A stretch of DNA of 62,096 nucleotides, filler included, from Vermamoeba vermiformis (Eukaryota): assembly GCA_045837725.1 (NCBI GenBank). It is 3 parts of 3 records of this genome, joined end to end, with 100 filler letters (N's around TTAATTAATTAA, not from the genome) between each part and the next. Parts side by side here need not be neighbours in the genome. Positions count along the whole stretch, not along the records: positions 1 to 31,452 come from JBEWZL010000111.1; 2 more parts are not named here. The stretch is one strand, 5' to 3'. Below, in pieces: positions 1-13,275 of this stretch (position 1 is its first letter; every line of letters starts with the position of its first letter). The notes under the pieces are model-generated. The model searched no databases. It had not been told where the DNA came from and saw only the letters and a list, made by a program, of their open reading frames with translations. Both the position numbers and the translations under genes were made by a program.

Positions 1-82
1 TCAATAACATTAGAAGATCTAAAAACGACGTTTATCTTAAAGACTACTGAAGCAGTAGTTTGCGAATTAATAAGGGATATCT

Positions 83-1830
83 TCAATATTCTTTGCTTTC
101 TTTACATTCTTCCTCATTCTGGATCTGTAGTGTAACGGATGCATCGTACGAAGTTTTGATCAACTTGCCTTTGTACGAATCAATATCAAACGAAGCGGTA
201 CCATTGTCTTTGACCGAGAACCGATTTTCTATTTCTTTTCCACGAATAGTCGTCGTCAAATGGAAAAAGCCAACCGCTCTGCCGTCCGTCTTATGTTTAT
301 GCGAGCTACCATCGAATCTGATTTTCAGATCCGCTCCGTTTAGTGTAACCGATTGGCCCTTCATTAACGTAAACTCTTCGTTAAAATTAACCTTTGGAGA
401 GTCAATCACTTTGATTTTAAGGTTGAATTTCGGTGCGTCATTGACAGGCGATTGGACCGACTTGCATTCAATTGAATATGCAATTGCAAATTCCTCTAAA
501 TCCTTTTCAACCATTCTGCTTAAATACCCAGTAATTTGATCTTGACCTGCGACATCCAAAGTACACCACAGATCGAAAAGTCTTGGTGGCACAAAATTAA
601 CGATTTGCATAGTGACCAATTTAGTATTATCCTTCATTCTTATAATCTCATCGAATGATAGAGTAACTTCGCCAAGTTCAACTTCACGCCTGTAAGATAG
701 ATCCGGATCAGCCTTAAAAATTCAATTTTTTTTGTTTTCACTTACGTTGTCTGCTTCTTAATTATAATAGTGGCAGCATCCTGAGTCGATCCTTGCAAAT
801 TAAAAATGAAATCTCCACGTTTGCACCATTTGTTATTATCTCCAAAAGAAACGCTTTCGATAACGTCAAACGAACTATTCCAAATAAAAAAGTCCACGTG
901 TTTCTCTCCGATCGATCCAAGAGTAAGATAATAATCCGATCCATTATGAGAGTGTTTTAATACCGTCTCAAAGTTCAGTTGTGTAGCCGCATTAAATTTA
1001 AGTTCTGCTGGAGCGGATTTGGTCGCCTTAGAGACATTGTATTTGTAGCTAAGTTCATTAGTACATTGTGCCTCGATCAAGTGGAATTTAACGTCGTATA
1101 ATCTATAAGAAGAAGCGTCAGCAAGTTGTTGTTTGAATTTTAAATCCGATCGTGTACATCCAAATTCCGTTTAATTTTAAAATTGATCTAATACTTACGT
1201 AAATGATTCCCCAACGTTTATTTCTATCGGCGCATATGTTTTGCTAGCATAACCAACCCTCATATTCACATTTCGAACGCCTTTAGTAACTGGATCGCTT
1301 CCAACGTGCGAGGGCATTATTGCGATCGTGCGACCATTATATTTTACCCACGTATGCCCTTTGAATGCTATTTGTTCTGTCGATCCGTCTTTTAAGGTTA
1401 TTGTCTCTGAAGAGCCGAGTTAGTTTCTACAGTTAATTTTCAAATTATTGTCGCAATTAAAGAATTATAATAATATATTATCATTTTAAGGAGGTGCGTT
1501 AATAAATTATGGCTTAATATTAATTTGGGGCACTGCCAGTAATTATTTTACTTTTAAAAAATACTTTAATTCAGAAAATTCCTGTTGTCGTAGGAATGCA
1601 GCCAAGAAGAAAGCAATTGCAGGTATTAATGATAATAGATTATTTTTATAATAAATAAAGCGAGCAAATATTAACCATAGCAACAATTGGTAAACAGATC
1701 ACATACTATCTTCGGCAGGAAAATTAGGTGGCCAGAAACCTTTCGTGTTTTTAATGCCCATCGTAGAACACTTGCAAAGACTCTTGTTCGTGTATCTTGC
1801 GAGATAAATAATCACAAAAAAAGAAAATTT
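83..1830 (-). CDS. Multi-exon protein of unknown function, tandem paralog A (5' end approximate)
   Basis: ORFs 83-637 and 742-1080 are joined by GT-AG introns. Upstream exons include ETITLKDG...GESFT (~1200-1410) and MGIKNTKGFWPPNFP (~1705-1765). Colinear with and similar to paralog B. Confidence 0.7.
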
Positions 1831-2124
1831 GTGCCCTGATTCGAAGAAAGACCTCGTGGCCTTAAGGTGAGAAGAGTTATATTTTCAGCTTTGCTTGGTG
1901 TAACAATAGGCAAGGAAATGATATTATCACCATGACCTCGGTTCTGCGCGCAGTGTGCTATCTTTGAGGATCGCATCCGTATCGCAAAAAAAGTAAGTTT
2001 TTCGAGTGTGTAGAGCTCTTTAACGTGAGCTTAGTGGTTGAAGTCAATCGAACTTGAGAAAAGGATGATTTATTATACAAGTGTACAGTACGTTACGACC
2101 GTTCAGGGTTCGATAATAATAGCT

Positions 2125-3870
2125 CTATATTCTTTTGGTTCTTTTGTTCGGAGGCCGTGAAATGATCAACGTAACAGACTGATCGTACTTAGTTCGGAGC
2201 AACTGGCCTGCAAAAGAATCGATTTCAAATGCAGCAGTGCCGTCCTTGTTGACCGAATATCGTACTTGTGACTCTTTTCCATTTACTGTCGTTGTCAAAT
2301 GGAAAAATCCAACGGGGCCACCTCCATCAGCTTTGTGTTTATGCGAGCTACCATCGAATCTGATCTTCAGATCCGTTCCTTTGAATGTAACCGATTGGCC
2401 TTTCATTAACGTAAACTCTTCATTGAAATTAACCATCGGAGAGTCAACGACTTTGATCTCTAAATCATACTTTGGTGATTCATTCTCTGGATGTTGGATC
2501 GATTTGCATCGAACAGAATAAGTTATTGCAAATTCTTGTTTTTCTTTTTCGCGCATGTCCTTAAGATACCCAGTAATTTGATCTAGACCTGCGACATCCA
2601 ATGTGCACCACAGATCGAAGTAACCTGGATGCAAAGGTGCGATTTTAACGACTTGCATAGTAACCAGTTTATCATTATCCTTCACTCTTATAATCTCATC
2701 GAATGATAGAGCAACTTTGCCAAGTGCAACATCACGCCTAACCGAACAATTAGATCTACCGCACAAGTCATCCTTTGATCCGAAGAAACTTACGTAGTCT
2801 GTTTCTTAATATAGAGCTCAGCAGTTTCTTTCGTAGATCCCTTCAAAGTAAAAACGAAATCTCCGACTTTGAACCATTTGTTAGATCTAAAAGAGACGGT
2901 TTCAACGAGGTCTAGCACGCCATTCCAAATAAAGAACTCAACGTGTCGTTCTCCGATCGATCCAAGGGTAAGATAGAAGTAAGAATCGTTGTCGTAATAT
3001 CTCATAACTGTTTTGAAGTCAAATTGCGTCGTAGTATTTAACTGAAGGTCGACGGGATCGGATTTGACAGCTTTTGAAGCGATATGTTTGGTAGTTATGC
3101 CAGTAGGAGCGTTTTGAGCTTCATACAATTCAATTTTTACATCGAATAATCTATAGAAAGCGTATTATTAGAAAATTTGCTTGTGGCTGAAAATAAACTC
3201 GACGCAGGAAATTTTTAAATCCAGATTCGATTATTGAATGAGCCAACACTTACGTAAATGATTCTCCAACATTTACTTCTATCGGTGCGAAAGATCTGCT
3301 TGGATAACCAATGACGTAATGCGTGTAGAGAACTTCTTTGGTACGCGGATCGGTAGAATAATGAGAAGGCATAATTGCAATCGTGCGATTGTTGTATTTT
3401 ATCCAAATATGTTCATTTAACTCAAACTTTGCTGCTGGTCCATTGCCCAGAGTTATTGTCTCTGATCGGTAAGCGTCAATTCAAATGTTCTAATGGTAAA
3501 TTATTTCAACAATAAATTTATACAACTAGTTGTGAACCATATTAGTATTTGTTAATTTTTGGTTGTGGATGCGACGGTTTGATAATTTTCAATTTAATTT
3601 TTTTATAATTACTAAGTATTCTAATTCCACTCCTATTGCTTTTATTGTAAAATCCTCAACACGAGCGTATTATTTTGTAGTTAAATAATTGCTAATTGAA
3701 CTTAAGAGAGCAGATGACGTACTATCTTCAGAAGGAAAGTTCGGCGGCCAGAAAGCTTTGGAGTTTTTGATGCCCATTGCAAATGTCCCTTTAGCGTATA
3801 GTTACCAGGGCTTGATATTGTCCCAGTGTCTCGTGTAACGGTAAGATTTATTGAAATTGGTTCGTGTTCT
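2125..3870 (-). CDS. Multi-exon protein of unknown function, tandem paralog B (5' end approximate)
   Basis: ORFs 2125-2766 and 2790-3128 share FDLWCTLDVAG, NFNEEFTLMKGQSVT and LKIRFDGSSHKHK with paralog A. Exon MGIKNSKAFWPPNFP lies at ~3720-3780. Confidence 0.7.
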
Positions 3871-4080
3871 TTGACGAAGGTGCTCCGCGATTGGTTGGTT
3901 TAAAAATAGAATGGCCATCTAAAAATATAAAAAGGTGGCACGTATTAAGGTCATTATATAACCAACAACAGATAGATTACAACAAGAGGTGGCTTACCTA
4001 TACACCCAACCGTAAGATATCCGTTAACAAACAACAAATCCGTTTCGTACAACAACATCCGCTACTCAACACCATCAACA

Positions 4081-5260
4081 ATGCAAGCTTCATTTAAAGT
4101 TCAATTCAACGGCAAATTCCGTCGCTTTTCTTTGGAAGAAATGACCTTCGAGAACCTGGTCAACGAGATCGGAAAGAAATTCGGCTTGGATCGATCTGTC
4201 CTCATCGTTTCCTACCTTGACGACGAAGGTGACCGCATCAACATCAACTCCACCTTCGAGCTCAACGAGGCGGTTCAATATGCCTTGCCTGCCAAGTGCT
4301 TGAAGCTTTTGGTCGACGTGCCCAAGGCCGAAACTAGCAATGTCGAACCCTTGGTTACCGCTGCTCCAGAGGTCAAAGAGCAAAGCACCAACGAGCCTCA
4401 GCCTACTGAAGAGGAAGACACCGAGCTTACTGAAGTCGTGGTTGAGAAGAGACTTCGTCGCAAGCAACGTGTTCCCACGGCCAAGAAGTCTTTGTCCCGT
4501 CAACGAGGCCGTAAAGTTCCCAAGCGCGAGAAGACCTTGCTACGCCGAAAAGTGAACAAAATCAAGAAAGAGAAGCGTGTGACTAAAGCTCCTCGTTCTA
4601 TCAAGAACAAGAAAGTCCGTGGCCCTCGTCCATTTTTGGCACGTGTCATCGCTCACGTAAATCTCCCGACTGGTCAAGAGATCGCTCCGAATGTTGACTT
4701 CGTCAAGGCCTGGAAACTTCGCAACACTGGTACTTTGCCTTGGACTCCCGAGTTCAAAGTCGTGCGAGTATCTAAGGGCGAGAACGTATTGAACGCTCCC
4801 GACTCTGTGGTGCTCAATCGCGAAGTTGCTCCTGGCACTGAATGCGAGATCAACATTCCTTTGCGCGCTCCAAATCAGCCTGGCACTTACGAGAGTGCTT
4901 GGAGACTCGTCAATGGCGAGGGAAAACGCTTTGGTCGACGGTAAGTTCTACGACTACAATCTTTTTTTACTTGACTCATTCTAATGACTGTCTAGACTTG
5001 TCTGCAAATTAGTGGTCGTTGAAACCAACTCAACTGCTGAACAAGATCAAGACGAGGTTAGCGATAAGAAATTAAGAGCCGCTGAGCGCAAGCAACAACG
5101 CGCTGAAAAATTCGCCAAGTATGACGACCAATTGACTAAGATCCGAGCTTTGGGCTTGAAGACTACTGCTCGTCATGTTCGTCTCTTGGAAAAGTTCAAC
5201 GGCAATGTCGATCAAGTCATTGCAACTATCGCTTCAAAGAAGACCGCTAAGTTAGCTTAA
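4081..5260 (+). CDS. NBR1/p62-like autophagy receptor (PB1 - NBR1 FW - UBA-like)
   Basis: PB1 motif (FKVQFNGKFRRF...YLDDEGDRINI), FW domain (FVKAWKLRNTGTLPW...PGTYESAWRL) and a C-terminal UBA-like helical exon. One intron at ~4941-4996. Confidence 0.85.
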
Positions 5261-5622
5261 CCAAGCTTTGGCTATTAGATCTCAACGAGCAAAGATGTTA
5301 GCTTAGATTTCGATACAGACAATAAATGAGTATTAGCCAAAAAATCTAGTAATTTATTTGATTACGAGTTAAGAGTATTTTCGTAACTATGGTCTCTGAA
5401 ATTTTCTTCCGGAAGGCAGATCTGAGCTGGATCCACGTCACAATTAGTGCCGCGTGTCTTAAAACCCTGAATATTACGCGCAGAGGAAGTGGTTGTTACG
5501 AGACACCTGTTTTTAGATTTCGGAAAAATAACTTCCGGTTTTATTGTTACGGATCTCAATCCATTTAGACAAAAAAGGGTAATTGCTTTATTACACTCCC
5601 ATTTAAATACAAGTGAACACAA

Positions 5623-7435
5623 ATGATCATACTTATAATCATAGCCGGAGTTTGCGTGTATATAGGCTACAAGCTCAAGAAGATTGCTGATAAATACAAG
5701 CACATCCCGGGAATTTCTATGCTCGAGTTCTTCCGGGATGCGCGAGATCTGCCTCTACGAACAGCTTTGTATAACGAAAAATTCGCCAAAATAGTAACAC
5801 CTGCCGTGACATTTGTTTTAGCGACGCATCCGGACAGCGCAAAGGTAAAATTCAATTAAATTTATTTTACGATTTTAATGTTGCATTTTAGTTCGTGCTA
5901 ACCGATACGGAAAGCTTCCCCAAGACTGAATTAGATACTTTTAAAAACTCTACGCGGATCTTCAGTAACAACATTGTGTTTTCGAACGGAGAGCAATGGA
6001 GGTGAGTGAGAGCGTTAATTTGTGTACGTTGATAATTAATTAATGTAATTAAGGCAATATCGAAACGTCTTGTCACCTCCATTCCATTTTGACGCTGTCA
6101 AGAAATGGATCCCTGACTTTTACAATTTGACTGTCGAATTGATGCAGCAGTGGGAGAAGATCTCAGATAAGCCTATTGATGTCGTTCACTGGATTCCTTT
6201 GTTCACATTAGACGTGCTCGGCGTGACAGTTCTGAGTCGAAATTTCAATGCGATGAAAGGCGAAGAAAGCGAGGACTTGGAAGCCGTTAATAATATTATT
6301 GGAAATTCAAACAAGCCTAAAATGATATTACTTGGCATGGTACGCACCAATTTACTGCCTATACTTCTCTAACCGTACTACAGCTCGAGAAAAAACTTGG
6401 GTTAAACATAGTCAAAAAAGTCAACGATTCAATCGATTACATTACTGGCTCAATGCTTGATATCATTAATGTACGTACTATCAATTTTGCATCATATAGA
6501 GCTAATCCTATTATTTTAGGCCCGTAAGGCAATGAAGATTAAAGACGGCAGTCATGCGCACTTTGATTTGATTGACGTCATGTTGAGCGCTCATGACCCC
6601 AACTGGAGCGAGAAAGAAGTAAGTACCGAGCCATATAATACATATTAGGTATCGTCTAAAATACATTTTACCTATTAGCTCGTCTCAAATGCGTTTGTCA
6701 TGTTCGTGGCTGGCCACGAAACTACCGCCACTGCACTCGGCTGGATGTTCTATTATTTAGCCACTCTGCCTGACATTCAACAGAAACTCAAAGAAGAAGT
6801 TGATCGTGTGCTTAAAGGACAACCTATTACTCAAGACAATATCAGAGAGGTACGCTTCAGATCGCTGGATCTGACCTGCAGCTCAACTTCCGGATCTAAC
6901 GTGTTTCTTTTAGCTGACATACATGAGCAACGTTATTAAGGAAAATCTTCGAATTCAACCACCTGTTTCTTACCTTCCTACTCGTGTTGTCAAGGAAGAC
7001 ATTGAATTTGAAGGAAAGATTCTTCCTAAAGGTGTAAGCAGTCATAAGACCGAAGTTATTGTAGTATATAGCTGATATCTATTGCCAGCTTCAAATAGGG
7101 CTGAACATTTACGCTATTCATCGCGACCCCAAGCTCTGGCCGGAACCGCAGAAGTTCGATCCAGAACGTTTTACAAAACCAACAGTTCCATTCAGTTTTC
7201 TTCCATTCTCATTGAAATCACGTGCATGGTGAGTACGCGAAACCTATAATATCATGTTAGTACTAACATGCTATGCGATAGTCTTGGTAACCAGTTCTCG
7301 CTTGTGGAACAGACAGTGTTTCTTGCCACACTGATGCAACATTTCAAAGTCACGTTGAGTTCTCATACTCCTGCACCAGAGGTTGGGGGTGTTAATAAGG
7401 TCGGAGATCTTAAAGTCAACTTGACTAAGTGGTAA
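5623..7435 (+). CDS. Cytochrome P450 (multi-exon)
   Basis: N-terminal TM anchor, I-helix AGHETT, ExxR (ENLR), FDPERF and heme motif FSLKSRAC. Confidence 0.93.
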
Positions 7436-7570
7436 AATAAAAACTATTTCGAGATCAGTTCGGCAAAGAAAATTCAGACCATTTTCTCCGCTCAACAGCG
7501 ACAAAAATATCTTGCGCGCTCGGTCATTTATATTTACGTACAGAATCGAAGACCACGTGCGAGACTGAGA

Positions 7571-9376
7571 ATGGTAAGAGTTAAAACAAGACGTATTTGT
7601 TTGAAAATTTGTCTACGTGCTTGGCTGATCTCAGAGCGTCTCTGTTCAATCAAATTAATTTCATTAAAATATTTGCACAATAATAGATATTTTTTTATTT
7701 ATATTATCAAACGAGAATTAATAATAAAAGTTAATTATTTTCTCATCTAGGAATCATTGCCTCCAGAGATTTTAGAACATTTGTTCACGTTTTTAGATGG
7801 ACCAAATGAGCGATCTGCACGATTAGTCAGCTTATTATGGTTTAAATCGGTCAAGATTTCACAATTCAAGTTTAACGATCTTGGTCCTAATATTTTTTCT
7901 TGGCTTATGAATCGTTTATCGAAGTATAACTATCCACTCGATATATCAATGCATATTATACCACGTAGTGTATCAACAAAACAGTTTATCGATCAAATAT
8001 GCCGACTTACACAACTCAAATCCGTTCAGATCAACCCACGCTCATTAGCACAAGATAGCGACGAAGATTATTGGCTGAAATTATCAACATTGATCAATTT
8101 AGAGAGCTGGAAAGTTATAGGATCCTGGGGATATGAGCTATTAAGCAAGTTTCCTCGACTTAAGAAGATCCACTTGCCAAATCTAACTTGCCTGCCTAAT
8201 AATAGGTTACAACTTGAAGAATTATCAGTCGATATTAAACAAAGAGTCGATTTGATAGCAAAATTACCTTGCTCATTAAATTCGTTGAAATTAACATTCG
8301 AAGCAACATCCGAAGACCACGATCTGAACCATTTAACCAATTTGACGCAACTTAATATTGCAAATAAGAACGATTCGTATGGAGGAATTGATATCAGAAA
8401 TATTACATCGCTCCAAAGCCTTCGAGTATCAAGTTTGAACATACCGTACATCCACAAAAATGTAAATCTGACAGAGCTCCATTTCTACATGGATCCATAC
8501 GAGTTTCTAAATACAGTAGATATATTAGAAGAGATTAGACCATTAACAAGGCTACAGTGCTTGTCATTACAGGAGTCAATTGCCTGCAACGCAAGCTCGA
8601 ATCCATTTTCAACTCACTCCAGACTGACTTACTTATCCTTAAAAGTAACAGGGGATTTATCACTATTATGCGATTCAATTAAGGAACTTCATTTGTATAT
8701 TTCCAACAGTTTTGATCATGAAAGTTTGACGCATCTAACAAATCTCGAAACTTTGAGTCTTTTCGAAGCTTCCAAGAGTACAGATTATTCCAAATACGGA
8801 AATTTCATAAATAGCTTTACGAAATTGAAGCATTTGCAACTTAACATCTCCGATGACATAGAAGAAAATATTCGATTAGAAAGTATTTCAAATTTGACAG
8901 ATCTCGAACAGCTAACGTTGAGAAGAGCAACATTACAGTCAAATGATTACATATACCTCACAACTTTACAAACGTTGCAAATAGAAGCAGCAGATCTGCC
9001 TGACGAAGGCTTTAATAATTTGTCGCACTTGAAAAATCTTACTCAGCTGCAGTTATACGTTGTTTACGACAATAATACAAATTTAGCAAAAAAGAAAATA
9101 GATTACAGTGTAATTTCACAACTGCCGCTTAGAAAACTGATTTCTTGGCCAGGCATCGAAGAAACGAATCTGATCCAAAGTGTCGCCAAATTGACACGTC
9201 TTTATCGTTTAGGAATTTCGCAAATTAATAGTGAAGATGAAGTGCTCATGCTGACTCATTTGCAGCATTTGCGACACTTGGAGGTCTACACAGAATCGAG
9301 GGTCAGCTCAACGTTTACACGATTGACGCAACTTGAAACTTTTCCGCATCAGCTGAAACGGTACCGAACATATTAA
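7571..9376 (+). CDS. F-box + leucine-rich repeat protein
   Basis: LPPEILEHLFTFL F-box followed by many LxxLxxLxL repeats. The start is probably an ATG-only micro-exon at 7571 (ATG|gtaag). Confidence 0.85.
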
Positions 9377-9700
9377 AAGTATCATAGTTAAGCAATTTGC
9401 CAGATGTTTTTGAAAAGAAAATTAATCACGCGATTGAAACTACAAAAAAAACTAGGCAGTGATTGATTTGTTAAACTTTTGTTCAATTTAAATGTCTCAA
9501 TAAAAGCAGCTTCTTATTGAATGTATGTTCGTTGTCCTAATAATCAGTTAGTATCAGCTTAATCTACTACCCGAATGACATTTTAAAATTAAACAACAAA
9601 AAGTGTCAAATTCGTAATTATTCAAACCTTTAACCCCTTAACAAAATAGCAACAAGTCCCGAAACATACTTTTTTCTGTAATCGAATCATATTTAGCTCG

Positions 9701-11417
9701 ATGGCTTACAATTCAACGAAGCCACATCTGGGGGTTATCGTCCTTGGTCACGACGCCGCAGGAAAATCAACAATTGCTGGACGGTTACTAAGAGAGTGCG
9801 GAAGACTACATGAATCTGTGTTTCGTAAGTTAAATAAAGAAGCTGGTCTCGCGGGCCAATTTTATAAATTTTAAAAAAAAAGCAAAATAAATCAAATTCT
9901 TTAAAAATTCGTTAATATTCTAATATTGTAGGCCACGTAGTTTTATGTATAACTCGAAGCTAATAATAATCACCATTTTTCTTCCTTTTTTAACGTGTCA
10001 TTAAGGGCGAATTGAAGAGGACGCTCGTCGTGATAACAAACTCACTTCTTTATACGCGTACATCATGGAAAGGCTCAAATATGGAAGCGGAGATTACCTG
10101 ACAGCTGACATCCAGCCGTATAAATTTTATTCGACCAAGCACTCATTCAGCACTATTGACGCATCCGAGAACCACAACTTAATCAAAAATATGATCACTG
10201 GCACTTCACACGCCGACGTCGCAATGATGGTAGTGTCTGCTGCAAAGGGCGAGCCTGGGATCCGCGAGCCAGGCCAGACACTTGAACACGCGTTCTTGGC
10301 GTACACTTTGGGCATCAGACAAGTGCTCGTATTGGTCAATAAAATGGACTCTGATACGGCCAATTACAGCCAAGAGCGCTATGAAGAGGTTAGACAAGAG
10401 ATCTCTGCTTACTTGAGCATCGTAGGGTAAGTGTTGAGTCACCTCAGATCCGTTACACAAGTTTGTTTTGACACGTGTCAAATATACATTTGGTTCGCAG
10501 TATGACATTTGTTAGTATTAATAGTAACATCGATTTTTACTACTAATGCTTGTCATCGATGTTCAGTTTGACACGTCATACTCATGAATTATTTTTAGGT
10601 ACGCTCCTGAGATGATTACGTTCATGCCAGTCAGTGGCTGGACAGGCGAAAATGTCACAACAAAGTCAGACAAGTTGTCGTGGTACAACGGGCCTACGTT
10701 GTTAGAAGCCCTTGATACGCTTGAAAAGACCGATCTCAAAGACCTTCCGTTGCGTGTGTCCGTGCAAGACGTGTACCGAATTGGTGGAATTGGCACTGTA
10801 GTCGTTGGCCGAGTCGAGACAGGTGTGCTCACGGTAAAGGACCAAATCACAGTGGCTCCTGGAAATTTGAACAGTTACGTCAAATCTATCGAAAAGTGCT
10901 ATGAAACTGTTGACGAGGCTATACCTGGTGACGTCATCAGCTTTAGTATTCGCGGTCTTTCAAGAAAAGATGTGCGTCGTGGATCCGTTATCGGACACAC
11001 CTACAACGAGCCTCCGTATGAAGCCATTGACTTTGTCGCTCAAATTCGTAAGTTTCATTATATAATACCTTATTATATGAAGCTATTGTAATACTTGGTT
11101 TAGTTATTCTGAACGACCCTGGTGAGATGCGTGAAGGTTACACGCCATTGGTTGAATGTCACGCAAGTCACGTGCAATGCAAATTCACTGAATTATTGGC
11201 TAAGTACGATAAGCGCTCTGGAGAAGTAGTAGAGGCTGCGCCGAATATCAAAATGTTGCAAAAAGGTGATTGGGCATTGGTCCGTTTAGAGCCAATCAGA
11301 GCTATGATCGTCGAGCCGTTCACTGAATTTGCTCCGTTGGGTCGAGTCGTTGTGCGTGCCGGGCAACAGACAATCGCTATCGGTGTGATCAAATCTGTCA
11401 ACAAGAAGAGTAACTAG
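9701..11417 (+). CDS. Divergent EF-1alpha-like translational GTPase paralog
   Basis: GHDAAGKST P-loop, IKNMITGTSHAD, NKMD, PVSGWTGEN, PLRVSVQDVYRIGGIGTVVVGRVETG and a domain III ending PLGRVVVR...IAIGVIK. Confidence 0.9.
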
Positions 11418-11551
11418 TATCAAGAAGCATCTTAAAGTGTTGATTTTAAGTTACTTGTAAATAAAGTCTGTAAATAGAACTGACTCAGTCAGATCCGACA
11501 TTTCATGAAAACTTAAAGCATACTCCAGAGTAAGCAAGGAAATATGAAATT

Positions 11552-13125
11552 TCATTTCTTCACTTTACAATGCATAGCGTGTGATGCTACAGATCCAATC
11601 AGCACGTGATCTTTATATTGCGCTGCAGTACTGCCACCAGAGAGTTGTTCACCGGTATTTGAGTAAACAATCGTAAAGTTCAATTTGCCGACCTAATTCA
11701 AAGTATTATAATTAATTCGCTACATATAGTGAAGATTGATTTACCTCATTTTGTTTCCACACTCTAAACGGAGATTGTTCCGTCTTTCCAAACATGTACA
11801 TGAACACATCCACAATTTTCGGATGCGCACTCACCCAAAGCAATCCGTTCTCGTCGATATCGATATTATCCAATCCTAATAATTATTTTTAGCACAATAT
11901 TTGAACACAGTAATCTATCTGTCAGTACCTCGATCGATGAAAGCAGATTCGACAAAAGTGAGATTGCGCGAGACCGGATCCATTTTGTAAGCCAGCATGT
12001 GGCCGCTAAGAGTTAACGCAACATACACCATATTGGTATCGGGAATATAATTAATACCTACAGAAAAAAAAGAGCTTAGTTTAGTTGTCAGATCCAAAGT
12101 TAACGACACGTGTCAAGGTGTCACTTTGTGCCACTGAGTTACCGTTAGGAGATGCAATATTCTCGATTGCTTTTCTGCATTGCTTTGTCTCGACATTGCA
12201 ATAAGATACGTATGCGATACTAAGTCCAAATACATCTTCTAACATGGCAAATGTCCCGTGATCTCGACGACTTATACCGTGGTCAGATGTCACCAAGAAC
12301 TCGTGATCACTAATGGCTTTGACGTCGTTGATATTAATTAATAACTCGTGTGACACAGCAGTAACATAATGCCTAATAATATTGGTTATTAATACTTTGG
12401 CTGGTACGGATTCAAAAACAGATCTTGAGACGGATTTCTGTTGGATATATTCCTTTCGAATACTTACAATTCATCGTTCTTGACTTTAAATATCTCAACG
12501 CTATCTCGGGCATGAGATTTGTTCATGCTGTGATTAATCACAAAGAGTAATAATTCGTCACCTACAAAAAATCTTTTAGTAAATCTAATAGAGTATTATA
12601 AATATGATCAGAATAATACCTGCGTGATGTAAACTAAGTCCATGAGGCAGTTCTTGTAATTCGTAGGGGTAATTTTTGAGTGTCATCTTTGTTAATTTTT
12701 CGCTCGCAAGATCTAACTTGTAAATGCCTGCTTTTGATTTAGCGCTTCTCGGCTTGATATGTTGATACATTAATTAATGTATTATAGTATGTACAGCGTA
12801 CCACTAGGGGAGCAGAGGAAATGTAGGCGATCCCAGTTTTGTGGTCGATTTCCAGGTCTTCAGAGCCAATTAATTCTATTTTAAAGATTAATATCGCATT
12901 TTAACCTTCGGTTTGCTAATTTTTTTGGCTTAATTAGCATTTGTTGCGAATTTTTAAAATTAATTTGTCGCAATCTTTTACGGATCCTCTTAGCTTACCT
13001 TCTATTATATTGCAATCTGTAAATTGAGAATAATTTTCAATTTTTAAGCCGACATTGAATCGATAAATAGCTTGCTGAGCAATAAACGCAACTAACAGCG
13101 GCACAAAAATCAATAGTCCACGCAT
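11552..13125 (-). CDS. Paraoxonase/arylesterase-like six-bladed propeller hydrolase
   Basis: Signal peptide, GSEDLEID, PHGLS, INDV, SPNGI and DNIDID...LWVSAHP motifs across the exons. Confidence 0.85.
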
Positions 13126-13275
13126 GCTATTAAATAGAACACCAACAATTAGGTTGTATTGTGCTATGTAACATATGAAAGTCAAAAATCAAAAGAACTG
13201 CATCAAGTTGTTCATTTTACGACTTTAATCACGTGTCGGGGATTTTGGGATCTCGAAATGAAAATTAGTGTTTAT

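Noticed and set aside
60-5855. Antisense ORFs such as 60-539, 2237-2521 and 4090-4503
   Set aside because: They are shadows of real genes on the opposite strand.
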